DNA from: Promethearchaeota archaeon
GTDB lineage: Archaea; Asgardarchaeota; Lokiarchaeia; Sigyniarchaeales; SOKP01
Reading direction: 5' to 3'
Length of the DNA: 64,000 bases
NCBI GenBank assembly: GCA_029838195.1
Contig: JALGVJ010000007.1
Span: 1 to 64,000 of the forward strand
Each line of letters begins with the position of its first letter. The first letter of the stretch is position 1. Positions 1 to 11,200 of this stretch are shown one piece after another. The notes under the pieces are model-generated. The model was not told the DNA's origin. It did not search any database and saw only the letters and a program-made list of their open reading frames with translations. Made by a program: the position numbers and the translations under genes.

Positions 1-77
1 AGCAATACAGGGAATTTGACGTGGATGTGAATAAGCATGTTCGACAAAAAATAAAAAAAAGCGAGGCCGCAATTTAG
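1..77 (+). CDS. 3' end of an upstream gene (partial, ...QYREFDVDVNKHVRQKIKKSEAAI*)
   Basis: Frame open from the window edge to TAG at 75-77; no recognisable motif. Confidence 0.3.
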   Translation, partial: QYREFDVDVNKHVRQKIKKSEAAI

Positions 78-310
78 TCGGAGGTGAGATTAATTTGCTA
101 CCTCATAAAAAAAATAAATATAATCAGACGATGTTACGAAAAACAAATATTTATTAAATCTACAAAAAAACTCTAATGAAAAGTGTTATATTGATCATAA
201 ATTAAAAAGATTTTTATAAATAAATAACTAATATTATTATTTAAAATTCAAATACAAAATTCACTAAATCACTCGTTAGGTGGAATTAGCATTAAAGAAG
301 ATTAAAAAAA

Positions 311-2053
311 ATGAAAATAAAATCAATAGAAATTCATAATTTTAGGTCAATAAAAGATGCTAAATTTAACCTTCATGATTATAATATCCTAGTTGGAGCT
401 AATAATTCAGGTAAGACAAATATTCTAACGACATTACGTATCTTCTACGAAGATAAAATAAAATTTGAGGAAGAAAGAGATTTCCCTAAATTTCCTACTG
501 ATGATAATGAAAGTTGGATTGAGATAGAATATCAATTAACAGACGATGAGTTTGAAAATTTAAAAGAGGAATATAAAAATCCTAATAATATTCTTAAAGT
601 CAGAAAATATCTTAAAGATGGTGATAATACAAATAGAGTTAAAACCTCTCAAAGTAATATATATGCATATGAAAATGGCAAACTATCAACAAATTTATTT
701 TATGGAGCAAAAAATATTTCCCAAGCAAAATTGGGAACCATGATCCATATTCCCGAAGTACAAAAATTAGATGATACATTAAAACTAACTGGACCTTCTC
801 CTTTAAGGGATACATTAAATTTTGTTATGAAGAAAGTTATTGAATCAAGTAAATCATTCCAATCTTTAAATGAAGCATTTGAAATGTTCAATCAGGAATT
901 TAAAGAAGAGTCCTCCAAAGATGGATTTTCATTGAATAAGCTTAAATCAAATATTAATGAAGAGTTAAAAGAGTGGGGAGTAGAATTTGATATAAACATA
1001 AATCCTGTTCAAGTTGGGAATATAATAAAGAACTTAATCTCCCATAATTTTAAAGATAAAAAATTGAACCAAGAATTAGATATTAATCTTTATGGGCAGG
1101 GATTGCAAAGACATTTAATATATATACTCATAAGACTCTCTGCGGAATATAGGGAAAAAAAAGAAATTCATAAGAAGAAAGAATTTTCACCGGAGCTTAC
1201 TCTAATTTTATTTGAAGAACCCGAAGCATTCTTACATCCAACTCAACAAGAAATCCTTAATGATAGTTTAAAAATATTATCTTCTGAAGAAAGACAACAG
1301 ATTATTATATCTACTCACTCTCCACTTTTTGTAAGTAAGAACATCGAAGATATCTCTTCCTTAATAAAATTAAAGAAAGATAATACAATCACTAATGTTT
1401 TTCAAGTATCTGAAAACCTACGTAACAATTTAATTGAACAAAATAATGAATTGGCACAAATGCTTAAAGATAAATTAAATAACCCATCAGTTAATGAAAG
1501 TACAAAAAGAAGGATTAGACGTATATTAGGTAATACTCCAAATGAAAAAAGGATAGAAGAAGAGGCAATTAGATACCTATTATGGTTGGATTCAGAAAGA
1601 TGTGCTGCCTTTTATGCGGACAAAGTGTTGATCTGTGAAGGAGCTACAGAAAAAATTTTTATTAATTACCTTATCAAGAACAAATGGAAAAAACTAAGAC
1701 AAAAAAGACTTTATGTTTTAGATGCAATGGGAAAATTCAATATTCACAGATATATGAATCTTTTTCAAGCAATGGGAATATACCATTCCGTTTTAGCTGA
1801 TAAAGATAAAAACGCGGATGTTCATAGATTCATTAACAAATTTATTGAAGATAATAAAAATGAATATACTATTGCTATTGATTTCTTCGATAAAAAAATA
1901 GAAGATTATCTTGGAATTAGTACTCCACCAGAGAATAGGAGGGACAAAAAACCTCTTAATGTAATATGGCATTATAAGAATAATGGGATTTCAAAAGAAA
2001 AAATAGATGATTTTCGAATAAAAATAGAAAAGTTATTAGGCGAGAATTTTTAG
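311..2053 (+). CDS. OLD-family ATP-dependent endonuclease (ABC ATPase + TOPRIM)
   Basis: Walker A GANNSGKT, signature-like YGQGLQR, Walker B/D-loop LILFEEPEAFLHP, H-loop ISTHSP, TOPRIM motifs ICEGATE and LADKD. Confidence 0.9.
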   Translation: MKIKSIEIHNFRSIKDAKFNLHDYNILVGANNSGKTNILTTLRIFYEDKIKFEEERDFPKFPTDDNESWIEIEYQLTDDEFENLKEEYKNPNNILKVRKYLKDGDNTNRVKTSQSNIYAYENGKLSTNLFYGAKNISQAKLGTMIHIPEVQKLDDTLKLTGPSPLRDTLNFVMKKVIESSKSFQSLNEAFEMFNQEFKEESSKDGFSLNKLKSNINEELKEWGVEFDININPVQVGNIIKNLISHNFKDKKLNQELDINLYGQGLQRHLIYILIRLSAEYREKKEIHKKKEFSPELTLILFEEPEAFLHPTQQEILNDSLKILSSEERQQIIISTHSPLFVSKNIEDISSLIKLKKDNTITNVFQVSENLRNNLIEQNNELAQMLKDKLNNPSVNESTKRRIRRILGNTPNEKRIEEEAIRYLLWLDSERCAAFYADKVLICEGATEKIFINYLIKNKWKKLRQKRLYVLDAMGKFNIHRYMNLFQAMGIYHSVLADKDKNADVHRFINKFIEDNKNEYTIAIDFFDKKIEDYLGISTPPENRRDKKPLNVIWHYKNNGISKEKIDDFRIKIEKLLGENF

Positions 2054-2446
2054 TTGATTATAACTAAAAAATTCTTATTTAATATCATGGCAGAATAATG
2101 ATTTTCTAATAATATTGTATATATTATTACCCCCCTAAATCTTCAAAAGTGGTTTATTATATTTATGAAGTACGTATAATGGAAGTTCTTCAAAATGAAT
2201 TTCTTCTTTTCCATCTAATGAAGTAAAATAAATTAATTTATGTTCTTGAAATCCAAACATAAATGTCTCAATATCCTCTATTTTTAAGAGTAATTAAATA
2301 AATAGTAGAGTTAATCATATAGTAAATCTTTTAAATTCTTAAATGAGATTTTTAAAAAAGGATCATATATTTATATTTTAAACCAATAATATTGAGATAA
2401 TATCACGGATCAATTAAAAATTTAATTTAATCTAAATAAAAAAGAT

Positions 2447-3040
2447 ATGACAGAAACCAACGCATTAAATCTTCATTCGTATATAGTTCTTAAAATTTTA
2501 AATGCGTTAGAACAAGAACCAATTAATTCAAAAATTTTATTGCAAAAAATTGCATTTTTAATTCTGAGAAAATATAAACAACTTTTCAATTATGCTGATT
2601 TTAAACCCCATAAATTTGGACCATATAGTGCATCTCTTGAACAAACTTTAGAGGAACTTGAAAATTTAGATGAAGTTAAAGTTAGCAAGAAAGAAGGAAT
2701 AAAAATTACTCCTAAAGGTGAAAAATTCTTAAAAGAACTCGAGGCTTTTATAGATTCTCAAAATCTTCCCAAAATAGAAGATTTTGAAGGTTTTATAGTA
2801 AATATTAAAAGAGATTTTAAAGATTTTAGTAGAAATGAAATTCTTGCTTTTATTTATAAAAGTTTCCCTGATTATATTAGTTCTTCTATAGAAGCTGATA
2901 AGATTGACTATGAGAAGGAATTTCTTAAATTATACGAAAAAGGTAAGCTAGGAATCTCGAAAATAGCTGAATTATTAAATTGGAGCTATGATAAAGTTTA
3001 TGACTATATTAAAAATCATGGAAAGTTAGTAATACAATGA
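2447..3040 (+). CDS. Putative antitoxin: DUF4065/SocA-like wHTH fused to a UPF0175-like C-terminal HTH
   Basis: LQKIAFL and PHKFGPYS motifs; C-terminal LYEKGKLGISKIAELLNWS; ATGA overlap with the PIN gene. Confidence 0.7.
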   Translation: MTETNALNLHSYIVLKILNALEQEPINSKILLQKIAFLILRKYKQLFNYADFKPHKFGPYSASLEQTLEELENLDEVKVSKKEGIKITPKGEKFLKELEAFIDSQNLPKIEDFEGFIVNIKRDFKDFSRNEILAFIYKSFPDYISSSIEADKIDYEKEFLKLYEKGKLGISKIAELLNWSYDKVYDYIKNHGKLVIQ

Positions 3041-3531
3041 AGATAAAGAAGATATATGATGCAAACGTGCTCATTTTTATTTTAGAAGAAATGAATTTTT
3101 CAGAAATAATTTTACTTTGGAATCAAAATCCCAGATATGAACAATGGACGACATGTGAAGTTAATAATGAAGTAAAGAAAAAAGCTCGTTCAAAATTAGA
3201 TGAATTAATTAAAAAAAAAATATTAAAAGTCTTCAAACCAGTTTCTAAAATCAAGTTAAAACATATTCAAATAAAGTATCCAACACTTTCTATTCCAGAT
3301 TGTTCATTACTATATTATTGTAAACAGATAAACAATTGCATATGTTTAACAACTGATAGACCTCTCAGAAATTATTTAACTAGAAATAATATTCCTCTTG
3401 CTGGAATGGTAGGTATATATAATAAATTAAGAAATGATAAGTCCTTTCCTTTAAATAATATTAATAAAAAATTTTATCCATTATTTAAGAATAAAAGAGT
3501 TTTTCCTCAAGATTTCATAGAAAATCCGTAA
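3037..3531 (+). CDS. PIN-domain ribonuclease (VapC/DUF3368-like toxin)
   Basis: Acidic PIN motifs YDANVL, EVNNE, LSIPD, LTTDRPL; coupled to the upstream gene. Confidence 0.8.
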   Translation: MKIKKIYDANVLIFILEEMNFSEIILLWNQNPRYEQWTTCEVNNEVKKKARSKLDELIKKKILKVFKPVSKIKLKHIQIKYPTLSIPDCSLLYYCKQINNCICLTTDRPLRNYLTRNNIPLAGMVGIYNKLRNDKSFPLNNINKKFYPLFKNKRVFPQDFIENP

Positions 3532-4744
3532 TCGCTCTGCTTTTAATAAAGCCATCAAGACCTCGAATTTTTCTATGAATATCTTCTTGAATAATTGATT
3601 TCTGGTTTAATACTTCAAGAATCGATTCATTGTTCATTATAAAATTATGAAGAATATTAAATTCTAGATTCATATTTCCATAATTGAATTTTTTTCTAAA
3701 TTCCATTCTTGAATTATAAGATGCGCAGGAAAAGTCCGAAAAATCTGGATATATTAAGGGATTTTTGAAAATATCATTAAAGTGATTCATATCTAATATC
3801 CTATGATAAGCATAATCTTCTGTATTTAGAAGATTAGTATTTTGAGGGCTCTTTTTCTTTTCTGTTTTTCCTTTTATTTTCTTTTTTTTTTTACCAGAAA
3901 CCCCTCCTCCTACAATATGATTAATCCCAAGAAAATCTGTCGCAATGGCAGGAAGAATCATATCTTCTGCAGGATAAGGTTTGTACCAATATCTATTCAC
4001 CGGTAATCTAAGATTTAAAATATATTTAATAGATTCATTGAAGAATTCTCTATCAATTCTATAAAGAGTTCTTAATAATTGAAAATAATGAGGATAAAAT
4101 TTAGTTAGTCCAGATCCACAAAAATCAAAACAAAACATTTGAATTCCAAGTCTATAATATAAATCAACTACTTGTGGAATAAAACCTTGCGGTATGGGGG
4201 GTATGATTCCCATAATCGGTTTATTATTTAATGTATCATAAATATTGAAAGTGCGTTGGAGGAAATCTAAAAATGTTGTTAAAACATTATTATTGTTTAT
4301 AACGTTTTGGATATCTCTAATAAGTGGGAATGTAAATATATCTGTATGCAATCTAACAGAGTCAATAATAAATTCAATTAAGCGATTATTGAATTTATTA
4401 AAAGGATTTCTCTCAAAATTGTCAAATTTAAATGATAAAAAGAAAATTTTGGATGTAGATCTTATATTTTGAGAATCTTGGGATTTAATTTTTGAAATGA
4501 AGCTATTAGAAATTTTAGTATCAAAAGGTGCATTCTCTATATCTGAAATTTTAATTGTATTCCAAATTTCATAAAACTCGTTATGTTGAATATTTGCTAC
4601 ATGGAAATTAGCAATTGAAGAATGTTTTAAAGAAAGAGGTGTTTGAAACCTTTTGCCATTGATTTCAATCTCTTTGGCATAATAATAAATATCGTTATCT
4701 TTTTCAATTCTTCTAATATTCAATGGCATTAATATAATATACAC
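3515..4744 (-). CDS. Divergent tRNA-guanine transglycosylase (TGT/DpdA)-fold-like protein
   Basis: N-terminal EINGKRFQTP like the TGT start, KPIMGIIP, FCFDF, DFLG and a C-terminal helix where TGT has HN; no Zn-binding Cys cluster. Confidence 0.45.
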   Translation of the reverse strand: MYIILMPLNIRRIEKDNDIYYYAKEIEINGKRFQTPLSLKHSSIANFHVANIQHNEFYEIWNTIKISDIENAPFDTKISNSFISKIKSQDSQNIRSTSKIFFLSFKFDNFERNPFNKFNNRLIEFIIDSVRLHTDIFTFPLIRDIQNVINNNNVLTTFLDFLQRTFNIYDTLNNKPIMGIIPPIPQGFIPQVVDLYYRLGIQMFCFDFCGSGLTKFYPHYFQLLRTLYRIDREFFNESIKYILNLRLPVNRYWYKPYPAEDMILPAIATDFLGINHIVGGGVSGKKKKKIKGKTEKKKSPQNTNLLNTEDYAYHRILDMNHFNDIFKNPLIYPDFSDFSCASYNSRMEFRKKFNYGNMNLEFNILHNFIMNNESILEVLNQKSIIQEDIHRKIRGLDGFIKSRAITDFL

Positions 4745-5238
4745 AAAAGATTATAATAAAATTATTGCAAGTTCTATAGGTTATTAAATTTTTTTTTGTA
4801 CGAATTAACTTTGAAATTTTTTCTTTCTGGCTTTTCAACCCTGTTGATTTATATTTGTTTATTTATTTATTCTTATTCATTTAATGCACTAATGCTACAA
4901 AAAACGCTTAAATTCCTAATTAATAAAAAAGAGAGAATTGATCCCGCCCCCTTACCAATACTTAATAGTCTCTCGAGCTGAAATTCAAGCAATTAAACAT
5001 CGCTGACATCGTGCGGAACTACTATTTTGGATTGTTGTAGCATCGCTCTTGCTTTGCCGTAAAATTAAGACAATTCCATTTATATCTTCTGCTCCATCCC
5101 TGGTTCTCTTATTTGATTCTATAATGAAAATGGCATTGACTTAATGATATCATCCATTTAGGCAGTTTTATCAATTAACCCAAAAATTAAGAGCCTGCTA
5201 AAAAGAAGATAAGAAAATAGAAAGATGTATCTCACCCC

Positions 5239-8200
5239 TCATTCCTTAACAACATAATCTCCATCAATCGCAAGACTTAAACTGCTTTCCTCTTCTAACT
5301 CATCGCCCTTAAGGGTGATGATATTCATTAATTTTAGATAATTTATATTTAACAATTTTGCTAATTTTTTAATTTTAATCTTATCAGTTTTCTTAAACAC
5401 TTCAAAAATTTTTTTCAAAACATTTTCTGTATTTTTAATTTCTATTTTTTTCTTTAAAAATTGAACCTCTCGCTTAATATTAATGATATCAATCCCATAA
5501 GATGAGTTTAATTTATTTGAATTTAATTTTATCCAATCTTCGATGATGTAATTGATAATTGAAGATGGAGAATCTCCAAAAACTCTTAGTAAATTCTTTA
5601 TGATTATAGCATTAAATAAATTTAAATTGATAGTACCCATAACAATTTCTGAATTTTTTTCTTCTTTAGAACTAGACATAATTTCAAACTCCTTAAAACT
5701 AATTTTTTTGATTCCATCTTGAGAATCAATATTATGCATTATAGATCGTAGTTGCTTCACAATTTTAGGAATATTTATTCTATAAGATGATATTAGTATG
5801 TTTGAATTTGTTTTTATCCAATCCGTGATGATATAATTTATAACGGAAGATTGAGAATTCCCAAATGTCCCTTGTAACCGCTCTAAAATGATGTTGTTAA
5901 TTAATTTTAAATTAATAGCCATTTTAACTGATTTTATATTTTTTTCTTTTTTATAAACAGACAGCATTTTAAAAATATCAAAAGGAAAATTATATGGGTT
6001 CGTAATAAACATCATTAATTCAGCCCTTTCCATAAAGCAGGTCAAATTCTTACCTGTCACGCGAGTGGAGGTGAAAACGAATGGAAACCTTAAAATATTA
6101 TTTAATTCAATTTTTTCTTTTTTATTATTTAGATTCCCAAACAATGATTTTATGTTATTTATTGAACCTTTAAACAAAGAACAAATATCTGATGATATTT
6201 CAAAATCATGATTATCATCAATATAAATCTTGATTGATTTATTCTTCTCATCAAATATTATATCATCTTTAAACCACATTTCATTTTTCTTTATATAAAA
6301 TTTCCCTTTATTAATATTAAATCCAATACGAGAAATGAGATAATTCTTATCCATATCACAGAAATAATTACCATGGATTATCTCACCGGTCTTTTTATCG
6401 TAAAAGCCTTCTTGAACCTTAGGATACTCAATACCAGTTTTATCCTTAATAATCTTAACACGATCACCTCTTAAACCCATTTTCATTATTCCAATATTAC
6501 CTTTATCATCATAAACAAAACCATATTTCTCATTTGCCAATTCTCCAACCGTACAATCTTTAAGCGGTTTAATAATCGTACCATCATCATTAAATAAATA
6601 AAAATCTTTAATATCTTTCTTTTTTAATATATTAATGATATTTTCAACAGTGAAATCTTTATTTAGTGATTTAACATGAACATTCAAATATCTTTTATAT
6701 CTGAACTCAAATCGATTCAGTACAGGATTAAATACTAAATATTTATCAATGTTATTTAGAAATTCATTAAACGATTTTTGAAAAAATAATTTAATTGATT
6801 TATTAAAAGTATGAGGATCTAAACCTGCAAAACCTTCTTTTTCCGAAAACATATTAATGATTTTTTCTTGAACTTTCTTTATAATAGTAAAATTTGTAAT
6901 CAAATCCTTGATACGTTTTATTACTTTTTCTTTATTTATTTTATTTTGTTTTTGAAAAATTGTTATATCACTATTAATAATTTGGGCAAGAATTTCATAA
7001 TATGCTTCCATACTATTCCCCGTGATAAGGGAATAAGCTTTAATTAACCATGAACGATTTATACTGAATAATTGTCGAATGGCTTCTACTATCTGATTTG
7101 GCGTAAATGGACCAACTAAAGGAATCAAGGAATTAACATCAATTTCTAAAGGATATTTTTTGCTTTTGTTATTCTCATAAACATCCCAAGCAACATATTC
7201 ATGAGCATAAGCCATCATTAATAGAATTTGAGATACCGCATCTTTTAATCTGCTAATTTTTATAGGTTTTAAAGAATTTTTATCTTCATTGGAAATAAAA
7301 TATAATATAATTCTATTCAACTTTTCATCTTTTCTCATTCCGAATGACATAAACCCATCAAAAAAATTTCGGATTGATTTAATTAATTTTGATGCTTTAA
7401 AATTTAATCCAAGATAATTTTTAAAGAAATATTTAAGATAAGTGTCTGATCTTATGAGTTTTCTAAAATCTTCTTTTTTATTGCTATGAACAAGATATTG
7501 AATAGCATGGGTAAATTTAATCGTATTAAATTCTAGTTTACAAAATGTAATGGCACATAATCGTGTTAAAATATATGTTATCGCAAATTTTTCTAATTCT
7601 GACCCCATTAAAGAGATAAACGTATTGGTATAAGATGGAAATAAGGAATTAGATGAATCTTCAAACGCATTAGCAAAATAATCCATAAAATTCTTAATAA
7701 TATCTGCATTGTTGAATTTTTTATTAAATTCCTCGAAAAACATTCTTTTAATTTCGTTATCGTGATTACTTAAAATATGTTTTAATTTTTCAATTAATTC
7801 TTCTCGAATTTTTACGGGAGTTTGATGAGTATCAATATCCAAAATATCTAAAACTTGCCTTACAATAAATTCATAAAAAAATTTTTCGAAAATAGATTTA
7901 AATGATTTACTATACTTAAACATCATTTTTTTAAGAGGTTGAGAGTAATGCATTGAATAAAGAGATTTTTTATTATAAGAACTTGTCATAATTTCTTTGA
8001 AAAATTCTATATCATAAATACTTGCACCATTATAATAAAGAAAATTAATTATTTCATCGTTATTAACGAGATGAGAAAACCACTCATTTAAATTCTTATC
8101 AACCTTATTAAAATCCAAGTTCATTGCACTTCTATATAAGGAACGAAGTTTATACCCCCCAGGATTTATATATTTATTATTCAATAAATTCACTATTTTC

Positions 8201-11200
8201 TCCATAAATTTATCTGCAATTTTAGCATTCTCATCAGCAGCAAAAAGAAACTCTACATTTCCGACTCCTCGAAAGACTCGAGCAATCTTAAAAAAATAGA
8301 TGAGATTAGGATATTTGTTTTCTAAATATTTTTGAATATCTATCTGAATATTATCTTTATCTTCTTCTCTGCAAACAAATATTCGCACTACATACCTATC
8401 ATAATCGATACCCACTTTATCTAAAATATCTTTTATTGAATCTTTTTCTTGAATAATCTTATTTTCGATTTTAAGTCCAGGTTGAAGGAAAATTTCCTCC
8501 ATAATTAATTTATTTTCTTGTCTCGATCGATATTGGACAAATAAACCAAAATTTTTTAAGTTCCTCCCTTGAGTTATTTCATATTTATGAATTATTTGTC
8601 CAAATGTTATACTATCTTTTTCTTTCTCGGAAAGAATAAGGTTATCAATACCAATTATGCGTCCATCTTTATCATTTTTAATAAGTAAAATACTATATTT
8701 CTTTTTTTTATCATCTATAGTATCATTTTCAATTATTTTTTCTTTTTTTATTTTTATTTCAATATTATCATTAAATCCTATTTTTACTTCCTTTATTAGC
8801 TCTTTATTTCTATTAAACTTTCTTTCATAATATTCCATTGCTTTGTAATGAAAGAACGCATTACGTAATCGAGGTATGAATTCCTCTTCTTTCCATCGAT
8901 TTAAATATATGCGATTTCTAAGCGGTGAATGCGAAGTCAATCCATTTTTTAGTTCACTAAATAATCTGAAAATCATTTCATGAGAACCCTCAATCTTTCC
9001 AAGTTCCATCTCAAGGAGCACAAGAACTTTATGTTCTTCTAAAGTAAGAGCCTTTTTGGTTTGTTTAGATCTCAAATTCGTGATTAATTCATTATAATCA
9101 TTTATTTTTAAAAACAATTGAATCATTTCCTTTAACTCATCTTGCTCCTTATTGTCAAAAACTGAATCGTCCTCTTGTAGCCAATTTTCAAATAAATTTA
9201 TCCATTCTTCTTTTTCTTTCCTTATATTTTTGGAAAGTAGTTTTTTCTTGAGCCACTCCTTAAACTTTTTTGTTTCTTTACCTTTCCTCACGGGAATGCC
9301 ATTCGTCTCTTTTTTATATTGTTCATAATATTTCTTGATGGGCTCTTGTTGTTTAAATCTAAGAATTCGCAATTCTCTTTCTTCTGGAGTGAGAAAATTC
9401 ATTTTTTCAAGTAGCATTAACTGATCACTCAGAAAAGCAGGGAAATCTTGTTCATGAGAATTAATCCTTGTTTCATCTTTTTCAATAAAAGAATAATAGA
9501 ATTTTTGAAAACGCCAAAAATAATTAAAGAGGTTTCTCTCTATCATAGAAAGTTCCTTAATTTTTTCCTCCAATTCGAAAAATATCTCTCTCTCTTTCTT
9601 TAGAATGTACGAAGTCCGCAAATAATGGAGTAATTGTTTATATAATCCAAATTCAGTCTCCATTTCCTCATATTTTTTTAAGTATAAAATTAACTTATTT
9701 TTCATATTCCTTTTCAAATTTTTCGAGCGTGTAATCCAATCTGTTAAAATAGTTATCCATTCCTTGTTCTTTTTTTTATTTTCTTGTTTTTCAAATCTCC
9801 TGAAGATGACACCTTCCATTCGCTTATAAAATGAGAATCGTCTATAAAAATATGGTATAAAAGTGTTATACATCCAATGTTTTCGAAAATAAGAATTTTG
9901 CATGAAAGGGTTGCGAACTAATTCATTTTTAAAAGCCTTGAAAGATTCAAATATCAGTTCTTCATGCAATTTGGTCTTTTCAAACTCTATTTCGAGAAAC
10001 ATCAAAAATTCTTTCTCTTTCTCGGTAAACGATTTTTTCTCCTTTAATTTTCTAAAAATAAGACGATAAACTTTTATTTTTTCATATTTCTTAAGTAAGC
10101 GGTCGATTTCCCTTAAGTCTTCTTTCATAAAAATGTCATAATCCCGAAGGCTTTCTCTAAATGCATTAATCCATTTTTCTTCGGTCTTTTCATGCTTTAC
10201 AAAGAGCTCTTTTATAATCTTTTCCTTAAACTCTTTTATTTCTTTTAATTTTCCTTTAGGATCATCCTTTAGTAACTTTTTAACTTCTTTTAACCGATGT
10301 ACTAAGAAAGTAGGGAATCGTTTTTCATGAGCTTGAAGCTTTTTTTCATCATCTTTCTCCTTCCAATAAAAATAATGATCTCGAAATTTAGAAAAACTAT
10401 TATAAATAACTCTTTCTTCCACAGGAAGAGACTCGAAAAACTCTGAAAGTTTGGTTAACATATCTCTTCCTTCTTCTGATATTTTGGATCTGCGAAAATA
10501 TTCAAGCAATTTTACATAAAATTCATGTACACTATGAATTTTTTCATATTTTTCAAGAAGCGATTTAATTTCTTGTTTATCCTCTTCAGAGAGCTCGTCC
10601 GCGTTTTCTATCCATTTTAACAAAAGAGCCACCCAATCTTCATGCTTTCTTTCCTTTTTTTGTTCTTTTAACTCTTTTATTTCTTTTTTAGTTTTTTTAC
10701 CTTGCTCCTTGTCTTTTTCATCGAGTTTTTTATTTTCTTGGTCGTTGTCTTTATGGTTTTCTTGTACGTAATCAGAAATTTTTCCAAAACGGGGTTTTTT
10801 ACGCTTCGAGAATTTCGTTTTTTTATGAATTTCATTTGTCTCTATCTTGCGCTCTTGCTTGACTTCTGTAACTCTTTTCTCGCTGATAGGATCGGCTTTT
10901 ATTTCCTTATTAATTTCCTTTGCTCTTTCTCGTGATGAACCTAATTTTTCGCTAATGACTTTATTTTTTACTTCTTCTTCTTTATTCGTTTCGATTTGAG
11001 TTTTCTCTTGAGTGCTTTCTTCTTTCACGTTTTCTTTTAGTAATTGTTCCTCCATGATTTCTGTTTTTACTTCTTGCGTGCTCTCTTGAGTACCCTCTTC
11101 TTTCACGTTTTCTTTTGGTAATTGTTCCTCCATGATTTCTGTTTTTACTTCTTGCGTGCTCTCTTGAATACCCTCTTCTTTCATATCCTCTTTTTCTTTA

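Noticed and set aside
4920-5160. Slightly GC-richer stretch, possible transposase remnant or immunity gene downstream of the giant protein
   Set aside because: Only short interrupted frames; no motif or terminal repeats recognised
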